Source of the DNA: Mobula hypostoma
Lineage: Eukaryota
Length of the DNA stretch: 64,000 bases
Assembly: GCF_963921235.1 (NCBI RefSeq)
Contig: NC_086098.1
Span: 992,001 to 1,056,000 of the forward strand
Direction of reading: 5' to 3'
A program made the position numbers and the translations under genes. Positions 63,801 to 64,000 of the stretch are shown in pieces (the first letter of the stretch is position 1; every line of letters begins with the position of its first letter). The notes beneath the pieces were generated by a model. The model saw only the letters and a list, made by a program, of their open reading frames with translations. It was not told the origin of the DNA and did not search any database.

Positions 63801-64000
63801 GCTCTGCTCCTGCAGCTGATTGGACCTCCGGAATTTACCATTGACCTGATATGATTATGGCTGTGCTCTTTACAATTCTTCCCGCTTTCTCATTGCTCTG
63901 TTCTTTACCATTGTCCCTACATTATTATAGTTGTATTCCTTGCCATTACCCCATATTGTCACAGCACTTTTCTTTACCATTATCCCTGCATTCTCACAGC

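Overview
Eukaryotic, almost entirely repeat-derived DNA. The mix of CR1 LINEs with (TTTCTATG)n-type tails, HE1/V-SINE-like SINEs and Penelope-like elements suggests a cartilaginous fish (inference, not verified). No intact host CDS, RNA gene or prokaryotic feature is supported. The window is a stack of nested, mostly decayed retroelements: many CR1 fragments of at least four subfamilies, two full-length Gypsy LTR elements (2688-7676, minus strand, 5-bp TSD; 20915-31348, plus strand, PNMA-like gag), a hAT element with an 8-bp TSD, an RTE LINE, Rex1/Babar-like LINEs, a 57-bp Tc1-type MITE, and several Penelope-like hairpin insertions with hammerhead ribozyme motifs. The most interesting signals are: (1) the first Gypsy has no tRNA PBS but a perfect 16-nt complement of its own R region, overlapping AATAAA, which suggests self-priming with a geometry different from Tf1; (2) minimal hammerhead ribozymes in Penelope-like hairpins flanked by 13-14-bp TSDs; (3) an unexplained 570-bp insert between 25-bp direct repeats; (4) a CpG-rich ZNF143/ETS promoter-like island at about 47.85-48.1 kb. 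Boundaries were read by eye and are approximate unless a TSD is quoted. Family names come from motif recognition, not database searches.
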